A DNA stretch of 62,703 nt, from NCBI GenBank assembly GCA_032718475.1, contig JAUCBJ010003505.1, forward strand, positions 1 to 62,703. Reading direction: 5' to 3'. This DNA comes from Nemertoderma westbladi. Taxonomy: Eukaryota; Animalia; Xenacoelomorpha. The stretch's first letter is position 1. Each line of letters starts with the position of its first letter. Positions 45,338 to 57,670 of the stretch are shown here, piece by piece. The notes beneath the pieces were generated by a model. The model was not told where the DNA came from. It did no database searches and saw only the letters and a list, made by a program, of their open reading frames with translations. The position numbers were made by a program, and so were the translations under genes.

Positions 45338-46071
45338 GGGGGGGGGGGGGGGGGGGTAGCGCATTTTCTGACCAAGAAGTCGAATTTTTGAAACATATCC
45401 TATCTGATGCAGAATTTCATGCTGAATCCAAATATGGAAACCGTTTTCCTATATCTTGCTTACTTTTCGAGATATCTGGGATAGAAGAGACTGGCTCCGA
45501 TATATCGCGATATCGGTAAGGCGATAAAGTTTGGGGTTTGCATTCAATTTCTGCAAATTTCTGTGCTCAGTGGTGCTAATTGGATGTCTCCACGAGAAAG
45601 AGCACAAAATTTTAATTGAGAAGGTATTTTTTTATGATTATTGGACCTACTGATCAGTTTATAAGACAACTTCATGTCTACGGAATGAAGACGGGACTCG
45701 AATAAGCGATCTGCGGTCTTTGCGGGATTACACGGAATAGACTTATCGGTCATCGGAGATCTTCAAAATGTATAATCTCCAGTTCTAGTGGTCGTACGGA
45801 GTTCGTTTAGGGCTCATTCGAAAGCTCATTTCTCAGAGACCAAAGCACCACTGAGCACAGAAATTTGCAGAAATTGAATGCAAACCCCAAACTTCATCGC
45901 CTTACCGATATCGCGATATATCGGAGCCAGTATCTTCTATGCCAGATATCTCGAAAACTAAGCAAGATATGGGAAAACGGTTTCCATATTTGGATTCAGC
46001 ATGAAATTCTGCATCAGATAGGATATGTTTCAAAAATTCGTCTTTTTGGTCAGAAAATGCGCTACCCCCCC
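45338..46071. mobile_element. non-autonomous DNA transposon with ~230-bp TIRs and TTAA TSD (Kolobok-like termini)
   Basis: TTAA|GGGG..tagcgcattttctgacca ... tggtcagaaaatgcgcta..CCCC|TTAA. The arms span ~45338-45577 and ~45845-46071. Confidence 0.85.
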
Positions 46072-47159
46072 TTAACTTATGTTAATAGTTTCACGTTTAC
46101 AACTGTTTACAATATCGGATTGTAGTGTATTTCTTATTTATTTATCTCCTAAACTACTAACTGGCTTTATTAATATTTATTAACTACATGTCAGTGTGTC
46201 AAAATCATTAATTTCCTGGGTCTTCAATTGGTTAAATAACGTCAAGCGTGCAGCTCTTTACAGAGTTTGGAAACTTTGTTCATAATTCTGACATGAATTT
46301 CGCAATTTCTAGTTATTTGTAGTTTCCCGTATAGAATACAGTTTGTTTATTTATTCAAAGGCAGATGTTGAATTTTCTCATTATTTATTTCTAATCCACT
46401 TGATCATGCATGTATTTTCACATTATTTTCCCTATAAACATTTAGTTTTTTTCGTTGTACTGAGAACTCCGTATTTTCACATTATTTTCCCTATAAACAT
46501 TTAGTTTTATTCGTTGTACTGCTCCGTATTTTGTAAATATTTACCTGATGACTTTACTGTAGATATTAATTTGCTAACTCAACTCTCACACACAGAAGCA
46601 ACATAATTTTTATTCAAAATTAACTTTTCTTATTGCATTCTTTATTTCACACGTAGTTTCATTCATATGTTAAATAAACCGAGCTCTTAACTAACTTTTT
46701 GTCCCGTATTGCTGCTGTGGCTCTGTGTTGCTAAGTTTATATTTTCAACTATATTATATTGAAACCAAAGGACATTGTAATTATTTTCCGCATTTAGAAG
46801 AGGGATAAAACAGAGCCCGGCTAGGGCTCCGGTAACCCGGAGCTCCGGGACATTTTTCTGGCTCCGGCTCTGGTTCCGCCTCCAGCACGCATTATGACGC
46901 ATTACCTGACACAAATTATGGACATAATTAGCGGTGGTCAAGTTATATTTTGTCGTTCATTACTCAGCTAAAGCCTTGATTGGCTACTGTTGTATTTAAT
47001 ATTCATAATAATAATAAGCCGCAGTGACCTAACGATGCAGCACTTCTTATGATACAGGGACCTAATGCCATTTAGAAATAATATCGGGGGGGGGGGGGGG
47101 GGGGGGGGGGAATCAACCGAGAAGTCTAAAACATTACATTATATTTTAGCCCAATGAAC

Positions 47160-47407
47160 ACCAGATAGGGGGGTCTTTGACGGAATTAAAATTCATCCCT
47201 CTCCAAGGGAAATTTGACGCAAATAACAGCTGATTACTCTGAAACTGTAACTGACCAATTGAATTTAGTTTATTGTATTGGTTAGAATAACATGCCATTG
47301 TAAACAGCTCATTTCCCTCTATTGATTATTTAGCATTGAGGCGAGATATTAATTCGCCGATAAACAATTTGCGTCAAATCCCCCCCCCCCCCCCCCCCCC
47401 TGTGTCA
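47160..47407. mobile_element. member of a dispersed MITE-like repeat family
   Basis: cagatagggggg..tttgacg ... ttgcgtcaaatcccc. The core ttattg(t)tttggttagaataac also occurs at ~24350 (-), 36880, 37690-37810, 50230-50455, 53440 (-) and 60860. Confidence 0.6.
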
Positions 47408-47653
47408 TGAACATATCTGTCTACTATAATAGTACTGTACATTGGAATTTTCAATCCCAAATCCCGGAGAAATCCCCGGAGTCGGGCTCCGAATAAAATT
47501 TTAGCTATGTTGCGTCCCTAATTTAGAATAATGGTGAGTGGGGTGATAATCTTAGTTGGAGAATTATTGGATGGTCGTGTATTATAAGTGAACTTAGGTG
47601 CCCAGGTCTTTGGTCATCAAGATCTGATAAACTCCAACTAAGACATTAATATT

Positions 47654-48603
47654 TTTTTTTTTATTAATCGGCAAGAAGGAGTATTTTATTAAAACAAAAT
47701 CATAAATTAAAAAGATGTGCACCAAAAATAACAAAATTAATTCCGCCACCACACAAATATCATCGGGCCTACCACCAAAGCACTGGAAGGATATGTTGGA
47801 GCTCAGAGGCAAGGGATCAGTACCGATCAGGAAGGTCAGACCCCCGCAGACCGGCACCGTCCCCAAATCCGAGCGGCCTCCATGGCCGCCTACCACCACG
47901 CAGGCACAGGGAGCTCGAGCGCAGAAGCGCGAACTGTAAGCGCCTCCGAACTCCCCCTAACACACAAGCTAGGCCTCGCTCGCGCATCCCCCGCTGCCGG
48001 GCCACGAGGGTCTCAGCGAGGTGGCGGATCAGAATATCGGCCTCCTTGCACCACACCCCGTCGGTGGTTCCGACTAGGGGGGTGAAGGAGATCCGACGAT
48101 CTTCGCACACCCCGCTGTAGTGGACCATCTTGGAACGAACTCGCTGCTCGAGTACGGAGTCCAGGGACCGATTAACGTATGAGGGGGCGTCGGCGTTAAC
48201 AATCGCAATGTCGAAAGACGCCACCCTCTGTTCGGCCCAGACTCCCCTCGCCAGGAGATCCGCCCTAACTCCACCCACCTCGCGGCCCTGTCTGTCCAGG
48301 TAGCCGGACGCCAACGTAACCTCCCGCTGGACGCATGAGCCCCCGAACGCGGACGCAATGAGGTCCCCGAACACCTCCCTCACCTCGTTGTGCCGCTTTA
48401 TGATCAGGCCCCCCGACTTGCAATTAAGGGCGTGGGACGTCGAGAACGACTCCCCACACCCCTCGCACTTTGCCGGGAGGCCCGGCGGCGTCCGTCCATA
48501 CCTCAAGGCTAGGTTGTCCCGGAACACCTCTGGGTCGAGGTCAGTGTGGTCGACCACAGAGGGCTGCGCCGTCAGCCATCCCCCAGTCTTATGGGACGTT
48601 AAT
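47654..48603 (-). mobile_element. 5'-truncated CRE-like RLE retrotransposon with poly(A) and 15-bp TSD
   Basis: ORF 47817..48557 has FRDNLALRYG, CEGC..HALNC, RHNEVRE and RADLL. Poly(T) lies on the + strand at ~47652-47662. The TSD taagacattaatatt is at 47639..47653 and 48604..48618. Confidence 0.9.
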
Positions 48604-48939
48604 TAAGACATTAATATTGGATGGAGAAGACGTTTACTACTATCATTCTTTGATATCATAGTTTAGTGAAGTTCGTAACAGCGGAGGGAACCTTATTTAT
48701 CAGCGGTGTAACTGTTTCGCATTCTAGAACTTCTAAAAACTTGCCAACTCGTAAAACTCTGACATAATAGTTGGATTTCGCTAAACTGAAAATGAGTGAA
48801 ATAAAGCGGGGTTTTCCGCTAACTTTTTTTTATCGAATGACGTTTGTTCTAATCGCGAGCAATTAGGAACGACAAAATTACTACACCTGGTGGGGTATGG
48901 GTGAGATGCAGATACTTTAGTAAAACAATATAATTATAT

Positions 48940-49975
48940 TGAACTGCATCAGGGATCCCATTGAGAGACTTCTCCGTGGAAATCAGAATGGGTTCCGTAA
49001 AGGTCGTGGGACCATGGAGCCCATTTTGGCACTTAGAAGGATAATTTAAGAGTTATCAAAAAAGAAAGACAGGCAACACGCTGTTATCTTTGTTGACTTC
49101 TTCAAGGCCTTTGATTCAGTCTCTCGCTCACGTATGTTCAGCATACTTTCATTATATGGGATTCCTGGAGCCCAACGGCTTCTCAGCGTATTAGAACAGG
49201 CTGCTTCTAGTGTTGGTCTTTTTGTTAACTCCAAAACACTAAAATTTTGACAGTTAACTTTGAAAGTCCTCAGCAAGTCTCTGATCGGATGAGCATAAGC
49301 TTAAAGTATGGTAGGCTTGAGCATGTGGACGACTTCTGTTACCTGGGATCATGGATCCGGAAGTCAAGTGAGGACTTTCGAATACGCAAGGGAAAGGCAT
49401 GGGCATCCTTGAATGGGCTTTCCAGGATTTGGAAGTCACACATAATTCATCGGAAACTTAAGGTCCGATTATTTAGAGCAGCAGTAGTTCCAGTACTCCT
49501 CTATGGGAGTCCATGCTGGGCTCTAACTGCCGAGGACACCAAATCTTTGGATGGCACATTCACAAGAATGCTACGCCGGGTTCATTGTGTCAAGTACAAT
49601 GCACACATCTCCAACCAGACACTATATAACATTTGAGGTGTCTCATTGGTTCCCCCAAGCTTGGCACTAGAACAAAGCCGCCTTCGGCCTCCGCTTTGCA
49701 GGGGGTGTGAGGACCAGCCAGTGCATAACTGTAAGCTTTGGCGGCCTCATTGAGTGAATAAGCATGGTGGACAGCTCATGACTTTCTTGAGACGCATCTT
49801 AAAGGACACTGGCCTTGAAGATGCGGATGATCTAGCAAATGTCATGGGCGATAGGTAGTTGTGGCGGCGCACTTTTGTCGACAAGCCGGCACAGCATTCT
49901 TAATATATATGCAATATATATATATAATGCAGCTGCAACGCAGCATGTGGATCGTAGTAGTTAGTAGTATATGTA
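48940..49975 (+). mobile_element. degraded, internally deleted RTE-like retrotransposon
   Basis: Contains QNGFRKGRGT, FVDFFKAFDS and YGIP, then jumps directly to post-DD sequence (LEQAASSVGL, FCYLGSW), so the RT core is missing. It ends in a (TAG)n-like tail. Confidence 0.8.
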
Positions 49976-50868
49976 CCGCTTCCAATCCTAGCTAACGCTG
50001 CGGGTCCTAAATTACAAATTAGCACCACCAACAACAACAACAACAACAAAAACCAATCAATAAGAAAAACCCACGAAAGTAAAAAAACAAGTGTTAATTT
50101 CGATAACTTCCGTCACCCCATTTTTCCCGCGTTATCTTAAAAGCTTCATGTAAGAATCTGCCTAACCCTAAGATGACGTTAATCTTACTTGATAAACAAA
50201 CAGCGAAATTGACTTATTGATGGAAAGCACACAGATAGGGGGGACTTTTGACGCAATCAAAATGCATACCTCTTCAAGGTAATTATACCAGCTAATTACT
50301 CTCAAAAATGAAACTGTAACCTGTTCTATTGACTTTCGTTTATTGTTTTGGTTAGAATAACGTTAACTTAACTTTCCCTAAATTAGTAATAGTAATTTAA
50401 CATTGAGACAAACTTTGCCGCGACGGGATTTACGCATTTACGTCCAGTTCCCCCTGCCCCCTCGCCCCCTCCTCCGTCTCGAAATGCTATGGGTTACTGT
50501 TACACAACCACTTACAACCCTCCCCCCCCCCCCCCCCCATCATGTGTCATATTAAAAAAAATTATGCTGTAAATCAGCAGTAGGTTTTAGGTACAGCGTA
50601 CAGCAACAGCAACCATGTATTTTATATACTGATATAGGACACGTGTTTGTGTAGGTCAGTAGGTAGGCCGTACTGTGTACACTGTCGACTGTGTACCCAC
50701 CCAGTGCTGCAGTGCAGGATACTGGGATATACAGATATAAGTACTGTACCGTACTTCAGTACGGTACTGAGATACAACCTACAATACAAACCAAACCTTC
50801 AAGATATCACCAAACTGTCCATCCATTACAGCATTACAACAAACCCAAACAATCTGAACAACAGACCA

Positions 50869-53211
50869 ATGGAAGATAAATATTATCTGCGAGCGACGAT
50901 TCGGGGCCACGCCGCTGACGTTAGGGCCCTCGCGGCTTCGAACGATGAAGTTTACACGGGATCTCGGGATAAACTCACTAAACGGTGGACTTCCGGTGGC
51001 GCCAACACATCGGAAAGCTACCGGAATACAGCCACATACTCCGGACACGGCCACTTCGTATCGGCCGTGTGTTTATTGGGCGGCGAAACCCCGGAACACG
51101 TTGTTACGGGCAGCAACGATAAAACTATCCGAGTCTACGAAATAAACTCCGGGAAATTAACCCACAATCTGTCGGGGCATCTCGATTCCATCAGCGCTTT
51201 GGTTGGCCTAGGCAGTAGCGGTACCGGTAGCTTCTGTAGCGGTAGTTGGGACCGGACCGCCAAGGTTTGGCGTCGGTTCTCTTGTGTGGCCACCCTGAAG
51301 GGCCATGAGGCTGCGGTTTGGGCCGTTCTAGAATGCCGCTACGGGCTGCTAACCGCGAGCGCGGATAAACTCGTGTTGCTGTGGGAGTTCGCAGACTCCG
51401 TCGCCAAGGTAACCCGTAGATTTGTCGGACACACGGATTGTGTCCGCGGGTTGGCGGGTCTGGGAGCCGACGGTTTTGTCTCTTGTAGTAACGACACAAC
51501 GCTGCGTTTATGGCGCACCGAAACGGGGGAATGCTACCGAGTTCTCTCCTCGCATCGCTCGTTCGTGTACTCGGTGTGCGTCCTCACGCGCGGGCTGGTG
51601 TCCGTCGGCGAGGAGGGCGTTGTCTGTGTGTGGACGCACCAGGGAGAGTTGGCGCAGACCTTGGCCCTCCCCGCGTGCAGCGTGTGGGCCGTCGCCTCCT
51701 TAGGCAACGGCGACTTCGCTGTGGGGTGCAGCGACGGGACAGCCCGAGTGTTCACAGCGACGAGCTCCCGCGTGGCCCCGGCCGCGGAACGCGAAGCGTA
51801 CACCGCGGAAACGGCGACATTCCGTCGTCCGGAGACAGTGGCCGGCGATAAAATAAACATCGACTCACTCCCAGGTGAGGAGGACCTGGATAAACCGGGG
51901 GTGAGGGAAGGCCAGACGAAGTTGGTACGAGCGGGGGGGAAGGCCTGGGTGTATAACTGGTCTACCGTCGAAGGTAAGTGGGTCAACGTAGGGGAAGTTG
52001 TGGAGGAACCGTCGGGAACTGTTAGTAAGAAGGTTTGGTACGAAGGTAGGGAGTTTGATTATGTCTTCGATGTTGACATACAGGAAGGGGCGCCAACTCT
52101 GAAACTCCCTTACAACGTGAGCGAGGAGCCTTGGGCAGCGGCGCAGCGATTCCTTCAGGATAATAATCTGAGTCCGCTGTTTCTGGACCAGGTTGGCAAC
52201 TTTATAGTAGAGAATAGCAAGTCTTCTAGAACCGCAGTAGAGGCCGGTAGATCGGTTAGCAACGCAGTCAGCGATCCAATCACTGGGTCTCATAGGTACA
52301 TCCCCGGCCCCCACGGTGCCCCCGCCCACCGAGCAGGGCCCCCCGCTTGCGACCCCCTTACTGGGGGGTCCAGGTACATCCCCCGAGGGGGTCACACTGC
52401 TGCTCCCCAGGCTTTCGCTTCCTTCTCCGAATATATCACATTTAATCAAGCCAACGTGCCTCAGATACTAAAAAAAATCGAGGAATTCAACACAAAAGTT
52501 CCTTTCCAACTGAAGTTGCAGGATTCAGATTTCCACGCTATAGAAAATCTCGCGAATCTAGAAACGAAAAGTGAAACTTCGAGTTATAATTTGGAGGTTT
52601 TAAGTAAATTATTCCAATGGCCTCCGGAGTTCGTATTCCCTGTGGTCGATATTCTGCGACTCGCTGTCCGTTCCGATGCCCTCGTTTCGTTCCTCGTTCG
52701 TGACGCTGTCGTCGACCGGTTGTTCGACTTCCTATCCGCGATCTCCCGCGTTACCAAGGTTCCAGCCAATCACATGCTAGCGTGTCGCGTCGTCGCCAAT
52801 TTATTCGCTTCTCAGCACGGTTGCGGTATTGTAGGTAGTCATAGCGATCGCGTTATCGGCGTTGCGATGGACGCCTATAGTCTAGAAGGCGCGAGCAGGA
52901 ACTACCAATTAGCACAGAGTAGTGTGTTAGCTAACCTTTCTCTATTCCTCCTGGCTACTAACGCCGTTAACGATACCGATTTACTATCTACCATCGTGCT
53001 GTCCTTGGCTGAGTTGCTATGCAAACACAAAGACCCGGATTCTATTGTACGATTGCTCACTAGTCTGGGAACCTTAGCTAATATTTCGCCTATCATTAAG
53101 GCGCTAATTGTATCTCAGGACGATCTGTTAGAGACCATCAAAGCGTTACAGGCCATAGGAAATGAAAAGGTTTACCCAGTAGTTACTGGTCTATTGAGTC
53201 ATTTACAGTAA
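50869..53211 (+). CDS. PLAA: phospholipase A2-activating protein / Doa1-Ufd3 (WD40-PFU-PUL), single exon, 780 aa
   Basis: ATG at 50869 (MEDKYYLRATIRGH). It has WD40 repeats, the PFU motif YEGREFDYVFDVDI..LKLPYNVSEEPWAAAQRFL, DPLTG..RYIP repeats and the PUL motif WPPEFVFPVVDILRL. Confidence 0.93.
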   Translation: MEDKYYLRATIRGHAADVRALAASNDEVYTGSRDKLTKRWTSGGANTSESYRNTATYSGHGHFVSAVCLLGGETPEHVVTGSNDKTIRVYEINSGKLTHNLSGHLDSISALVGLGSSGTGSFCSGSWDRTAKVWRRFSCVATLKGHEAAVWAVLECRYGLLTASADKLVLLWEFADSVAKVTRRFVGHTDCVRGLAGLGADGFVSCSNDTTLRLWRTETGECYRVLSSHRSFVYSVCVLTRGLVSVGEEGVVCVWTHQGELAQTLALPACSVWAVASLGNGDFAVGCSDGTARVFTATSSRVAPAAEREAYTAETATFRRPETVAGDKINIDSLPGEEDLDKPGVREGQTKLVRAGGKAWVYNWSTVEGKWVNVGEVVEEPSGTVSKKVWYEGREFDYVFDVDIQEGAPTLKLPYNVSEEPWAAAQRFLQDNNLSPLFLDQVGNFIVENSKSSRTAVEAGRSVSNAVSDPITGSHRYIPGPHGAPAHRAGPPACDPLTGGSRYIPRGGHTAAPQAFASFSEYITFNQANVPQILKKIEEFNTKVPFQLKLQDSDFHAIENLANLETKSETSSYNLEVLSKLFQWPPEFVFPVVDILRLAVRSDALVSFLVRDAVVDRLFDFLSAISRVTKVPANHMLACRVVANLFASQHGCGIVGSHSDRVIGVAMDAYSLEGASRNYQLAQSSVLANLSLFLLATNAVNDTDLLSTIVLSLAELLCKHKDPDSIVRLLTSLGTLANISPIIKALIVSQDDLLETIKALQAIGNEKVYPVVTGLLSHLQ

Positions 53212-54439
53212 ACTTTGTTTACACAGCGTAATTTATTTAAATTAGGTCGTTTGTCTAAAACTGCGGCAGTGCGGCCTCTCACTATTTATGCTCATTATTT
53301 ATGAGTCCGTTTTGTTTTTAATATAACATGCTTTCAAATTTGACACAATTTTTTATACTCTAGAATTTATACTAAAGGGAAAAATACAGGGTTTGATGCA
53401 TATGTTAATTATCCACTAAGGAAGAGGAGCAAGTTACAGTGGCTTGTTATTCTAACAAAAACAATAAACAAGAGTCAATATTGCAGGTTCCAGTTTCATT
53501 TTTACTGTACCTAATTACTGTAGCTGTTATTTGCGTCGATTTACCGTGGAGATTGGTTCCTTGTACTTAGCACCTTACCTAAATAACAGTCCTAAAGGCG
53601 CTTTTAAATACTGTATCTTGGTTAGTTGTGGAAAGTACATGAAAATATAATTATTTATTACATGGGAAACAAAGTAGGACTTTTTTTCATTATTCTCGAG
53701 GTATTTTAATTGCGAGAGAATATTGGAAAAAAAAATGTTCTACGTTTTTCCCATGTAATACGTAATTTTATTCTTAAATTTGTACTTTTTTGTTGCTAAA
53801 TTCTTTAATTAAAAGTAGAGGGTACAGCGATATAATAGTGGTACAACTATAGTGGTTTACTATATTGCTTCCATAGTTACTGCGATTCATATTATTGTAC
53901 TCTTCAACTCTCGATGCTGCCTTACTCAATGTTAAATAATTAAGTGTTCTCGAATATTTATTACGTAACTAGAGAGCCGTTTAACAACACAAACCAATAT
54001 TGGATATTGAGTTCCGTTTTTGAGTTCGCCGCGCAGACACTAAATTTGCCATAATTTTTGAGTGTGTGAATGGATTTTGCTCAAATTACGTGCAAACCTT
54101 TTCTACGCCAATGCCCTTTGAACACATTTAATAAAATTTAAGAAATTCCACCAAAAAATTTTATTTTACCTTTTACGCTGGGAAAAAAAGTAAAATCAAT
54201 GCAATCCTATGGGTTACATTTTTTCCCTAGGGAAAAAAGTGCAACTTTTTCTCCCGATTCTGGTCTAATTTCGAGCGAAAAAGTATAAATTGAAGAATAA
54301 AATTTATTTTTAATTTACAGCAGAAAATTTTGTAGTCAGTTGCAGTTCTGTGTTGAGTGGTAAACAATTAAAGCGACATCCGTAATATTGGGCACTGACA
54401 AATCACTTGAACAACGAATTGGTGGTTGCTACACAAGAC

Positions 54440-54770
54440 TCACTAAGGCCAGCCCTAAACATCAGATGGAGACAACACATGACAAACGCCGAGCTTTATG
54501 GTACAATACCACCTGTATCGACCACCCTCCGTGAACGCAGGTTAAGATTCGGTGGGCACTGCTGGCAAAGTAAAGACGAGGTCATACCAGATCTACTTTT
54601 CTGGCAACCAACTCATGGAAAGCGTAGTCGTGGACGACCGGCCATAACATATATAGATCAACTTGAAAGGGATACTGAACTTGGGAGAAACGAAATTGCG
54701 ACAACTATGGAGAATCGGGAAGCCTGGAAGGATCTCATTTCCACTGCCGAGATCGCTCGAATGTACTGAA
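54440..54770 (+). mobile_element. RTE-like LINE C-terminal fragment
   Basis: LNIRWRQHMTNAELYG..RERRLRFGGHC..GKRSRGRP. Confidence 0.75.
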
Positions 54771-55390
54771 CATCTTGAGTTATTCTGTATTTGGGCAATT
54801 CCACCATTGATGCAACACTTACGATGAATTTAAAAGAGATTTCAGAAATTTCTGACTCTGATCCCAGGCTACTACTGTACAGTGGGTAGGTACTTTCAGA
54901 TTGTGTTTCCTGTTGAGGAAATGACAAGTTTCAATTTTCAGTGCCCATTATCTCTATACCGCTCACAGCGTATAGTTGCATTGGTACTATATATAATCCC
55001 ATGGCTATGATATTGTGATCACGTAGCACGTGATGTTCCAAATACAAAAATCCCGCGTTCGCCAGCAGAGCGACCCAACTTTCAGCTTTCTAATTGAACC
55101 GCGTCACCCCAAACTAGTACTGCACTCCTGCAGATTGTATATTGTTTGTTTGTTAGTTACATTGTATTGTTTTCACATATGGTCAGGACATGACATATTA
55201 TGTTGCTCACTAAGCCAAGGCTTTCTTAATGGCACCAACTAATAATTATAGCTACCAATAGAATGGTCTTGCACTTTGCATTCAAATTGTTTAATTGGTG
55301 CCACATTCAAAAGAACAAAAAATAATTCATAAAAATATAATATTTACCTTACAATTAATTCTTCAGTCTATTTAATTTACACAACATCTG

Positions 55391-57131
55391 GGGTTTGTCT
55401 TTTTGCCGTATGTGTACGTATTTTAAATAGTTCCCGTAGCCTACCGTAGGCTACCGTATGTGAGACGTATTTGCCCGTATTCAGGAAGCAGAGTAGTCAG
55501 TGCACTGCAGCACTACTGCACTATGGCTAAATCGCATGGTACTGTACCTGGCCTATTTATCCATGTTTATAGACCTGTACGTACAGTACAGGTAAATAAT
55601 ACAGCGAGCCGGCTGTACTGTGCTAAGATTATACAGCTCGCGCTTTGTGGGGTGAGCCACGACGTTGCCGGAGCTTTAGTGAACTGACAATGTTAGGGGT
55701 GGGACAATAATGGCAAATAGTTGTTGACGCCGCGACGTAGTCTTCGTTACGATTTGACATGCTATTAACTTTGTCGGATTTAACGCTGTGTCGTGTTGAA
55801 AATTTGTTGGCATAATTACAGGACCAAAAGGTGAGATTTTTTAAAAACTTTAAGAGTTCATCAGTCTCCAGTCAGTCATCAGTCCACTTGGCAGATATGT
55901 ACTAGACCATTAGCTGTGACATTCAAAGGGGGCTAACCAGTCTATAGTTCTCTTGTCTTCCGCTAGAGAGCGAATTGCATAGAATTCACATCTCCTGTAG
56001 GTCGTGGGTTGGGTTCGATCCTCACATGGACCAGGGCAGTTTTCGTTTCGGTACGAAATGCTTTAAAGGGACCAGCCAGGGCGCATCTCTGCCTTGCATC
56101 CTTAAATGAGTACTGAAGTTTACTCTGAGGAGTATAGTTCTGGCTCTGGGGGACCGCACTGGAAATAAGTCGCCAGACGTTGTGCGTAATCCCTGGCCTA
56201 ATAGTCGAAGAAAATGTAGGCCTGCTTTTTTACTTTTACATTTATATATATTCTAGACCTAGACCTCAGACTGAGTTTTTGTGAAGTCTTAAATCGATTG
56301 CGATTACTCAGTCAGCCTCTATGTGTTATTGTGACTAGGTGACATGTTTACATTTTGCAAATATTTCTTTCGAGTTGACACTTAACATAAGTTCAAGTCA
56401 CGTGCTGCGCGAAGGCCCCACTTCGTGTACTAGATTTACTTGAATGTACTTATGTACTAACTATACTGTAGTTATTTAAAAAGCACTGTAGGCCTACATG
56501 CGCAAAGTATACCTACAGTATCCTAAAGTTTTATAAAACAATGATGAATATTGCCCCTACGGTGATTTTGATATTTTTCACATTCCTATTTTATCAATAA
56601 CAATCAGTTGAATTATTTTATTTATTAATTACCGAAACTTCAAAACGCGATTTTTAAGTATAACATAACTACAGTAAATGTCATTATTTGTCGTATTTGT
56701 ATTTAAAAAGAACATACAGTATAGGTGGCACCTTAGTGTTACAAACTAAATCGTCCTTTATCGTCTGCTCGTTGATTACACTGGAGGGGCAATTCAACTT
56801 TCAGTCATCAACGAACAGTATAATAATTATTATGATTATTTCATAATAATTATTATAATTATTTCATAATAATGATAAATAATATAAAATTATATCCTTG
56901 AAAAAAAAAAAAACTCGCAGAGAATTTCCAAACCCCTGGTACCGGGAACATAGAACACGTAGTATATAAACACTTAAAACAGGCCAGGTTGCCAGGTACA
57001 GTACCGTTAGCGGTAAGCAGTGCACTGATTCTGCTTCCTGAATACGGGCAAATACGTCCCACATACGGTAGCCTACGGTAGGCTACGGGAACTCTTTCAA
57101 ATACGTACACATACGGCAAAAAGACAAACCC
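55391..57131. mobile_element. putative non-autonomous DNA transposon bounded by ~150-bp inverted repeats
   Basis: gggtttgtctttttgccgtatgtgtacgtattt.. at 55391 and its reverse complement ending at 57131. No clear TSD. Confidence 0.65.
55955..56245 (+). mobile_element. tRNA-derived SINE
   Basis: B-box ggttcgatcc. The body is shared with 35610-35820, and it has a ctttt-rich tail. Confidence 0.7.
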
Positions 57132-57547
57132 TTTTAAGTATGTATAAATATTGTGTGGCGAGTCAAAACTGCGAGCCATCACTATCATCAAATAGCAAAC
57201 AGTTAATTATACTATGCCTTTTTAGAAAAATCTCTGTGTTGGGGGGTGGGGTGTCGGTGGATTGTGTCACAGCACAGCACTGTTCCACCACGCACTGCAG
57301 CTAATATCTTTCTGTAATCGTCATGTTGAACTATGCCTGCATCAAGAATGCTATGCTGTCTTATCGAAAAATTAATCTGCAGTCCACCACGCTTATTCTC
57401 TCTATGGGGCTGTCAAAGCACAAGATTGTGCACTGACTGGTCCCCACCAAGGCAATATCCTGTAAAGCGGAGGCGATTCTTTTCAAGTGTCAAGCTTGTG
57501 GGAGCAAAATGTTACACGAAGGTAAAATGTTAATTTCAAACACTTAC

Positions 57548-57670
57548 ATTTGGGTATGCACGCTATGATACCATCACCTATGTAACCCTGCTGACATAAA
57601 CAAGAGAATACATTTTCACCCATTGAATAACATGTTGCTTTCTCATTACACGGGTCACCAGAACACCCAT
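57548..57670 (-). CDS. EGF-like domain exon (phase 1-1) of an unidentified gene
   Basis: DGCSGDPCNEKATCYSMGENVFSCLCQQGYIGDGIIACIPK has six Cys. It is flanked by ttgcag and gtaagt on the minus strand and is 123 nt long. Confidence 0.75.

Noticed and set aside
50647-50868. N-terminal extension of the PLAA ORF
   Set aside because: It starts at a non-ATG codon. PLAA similarity begins at the ATG at 50869.
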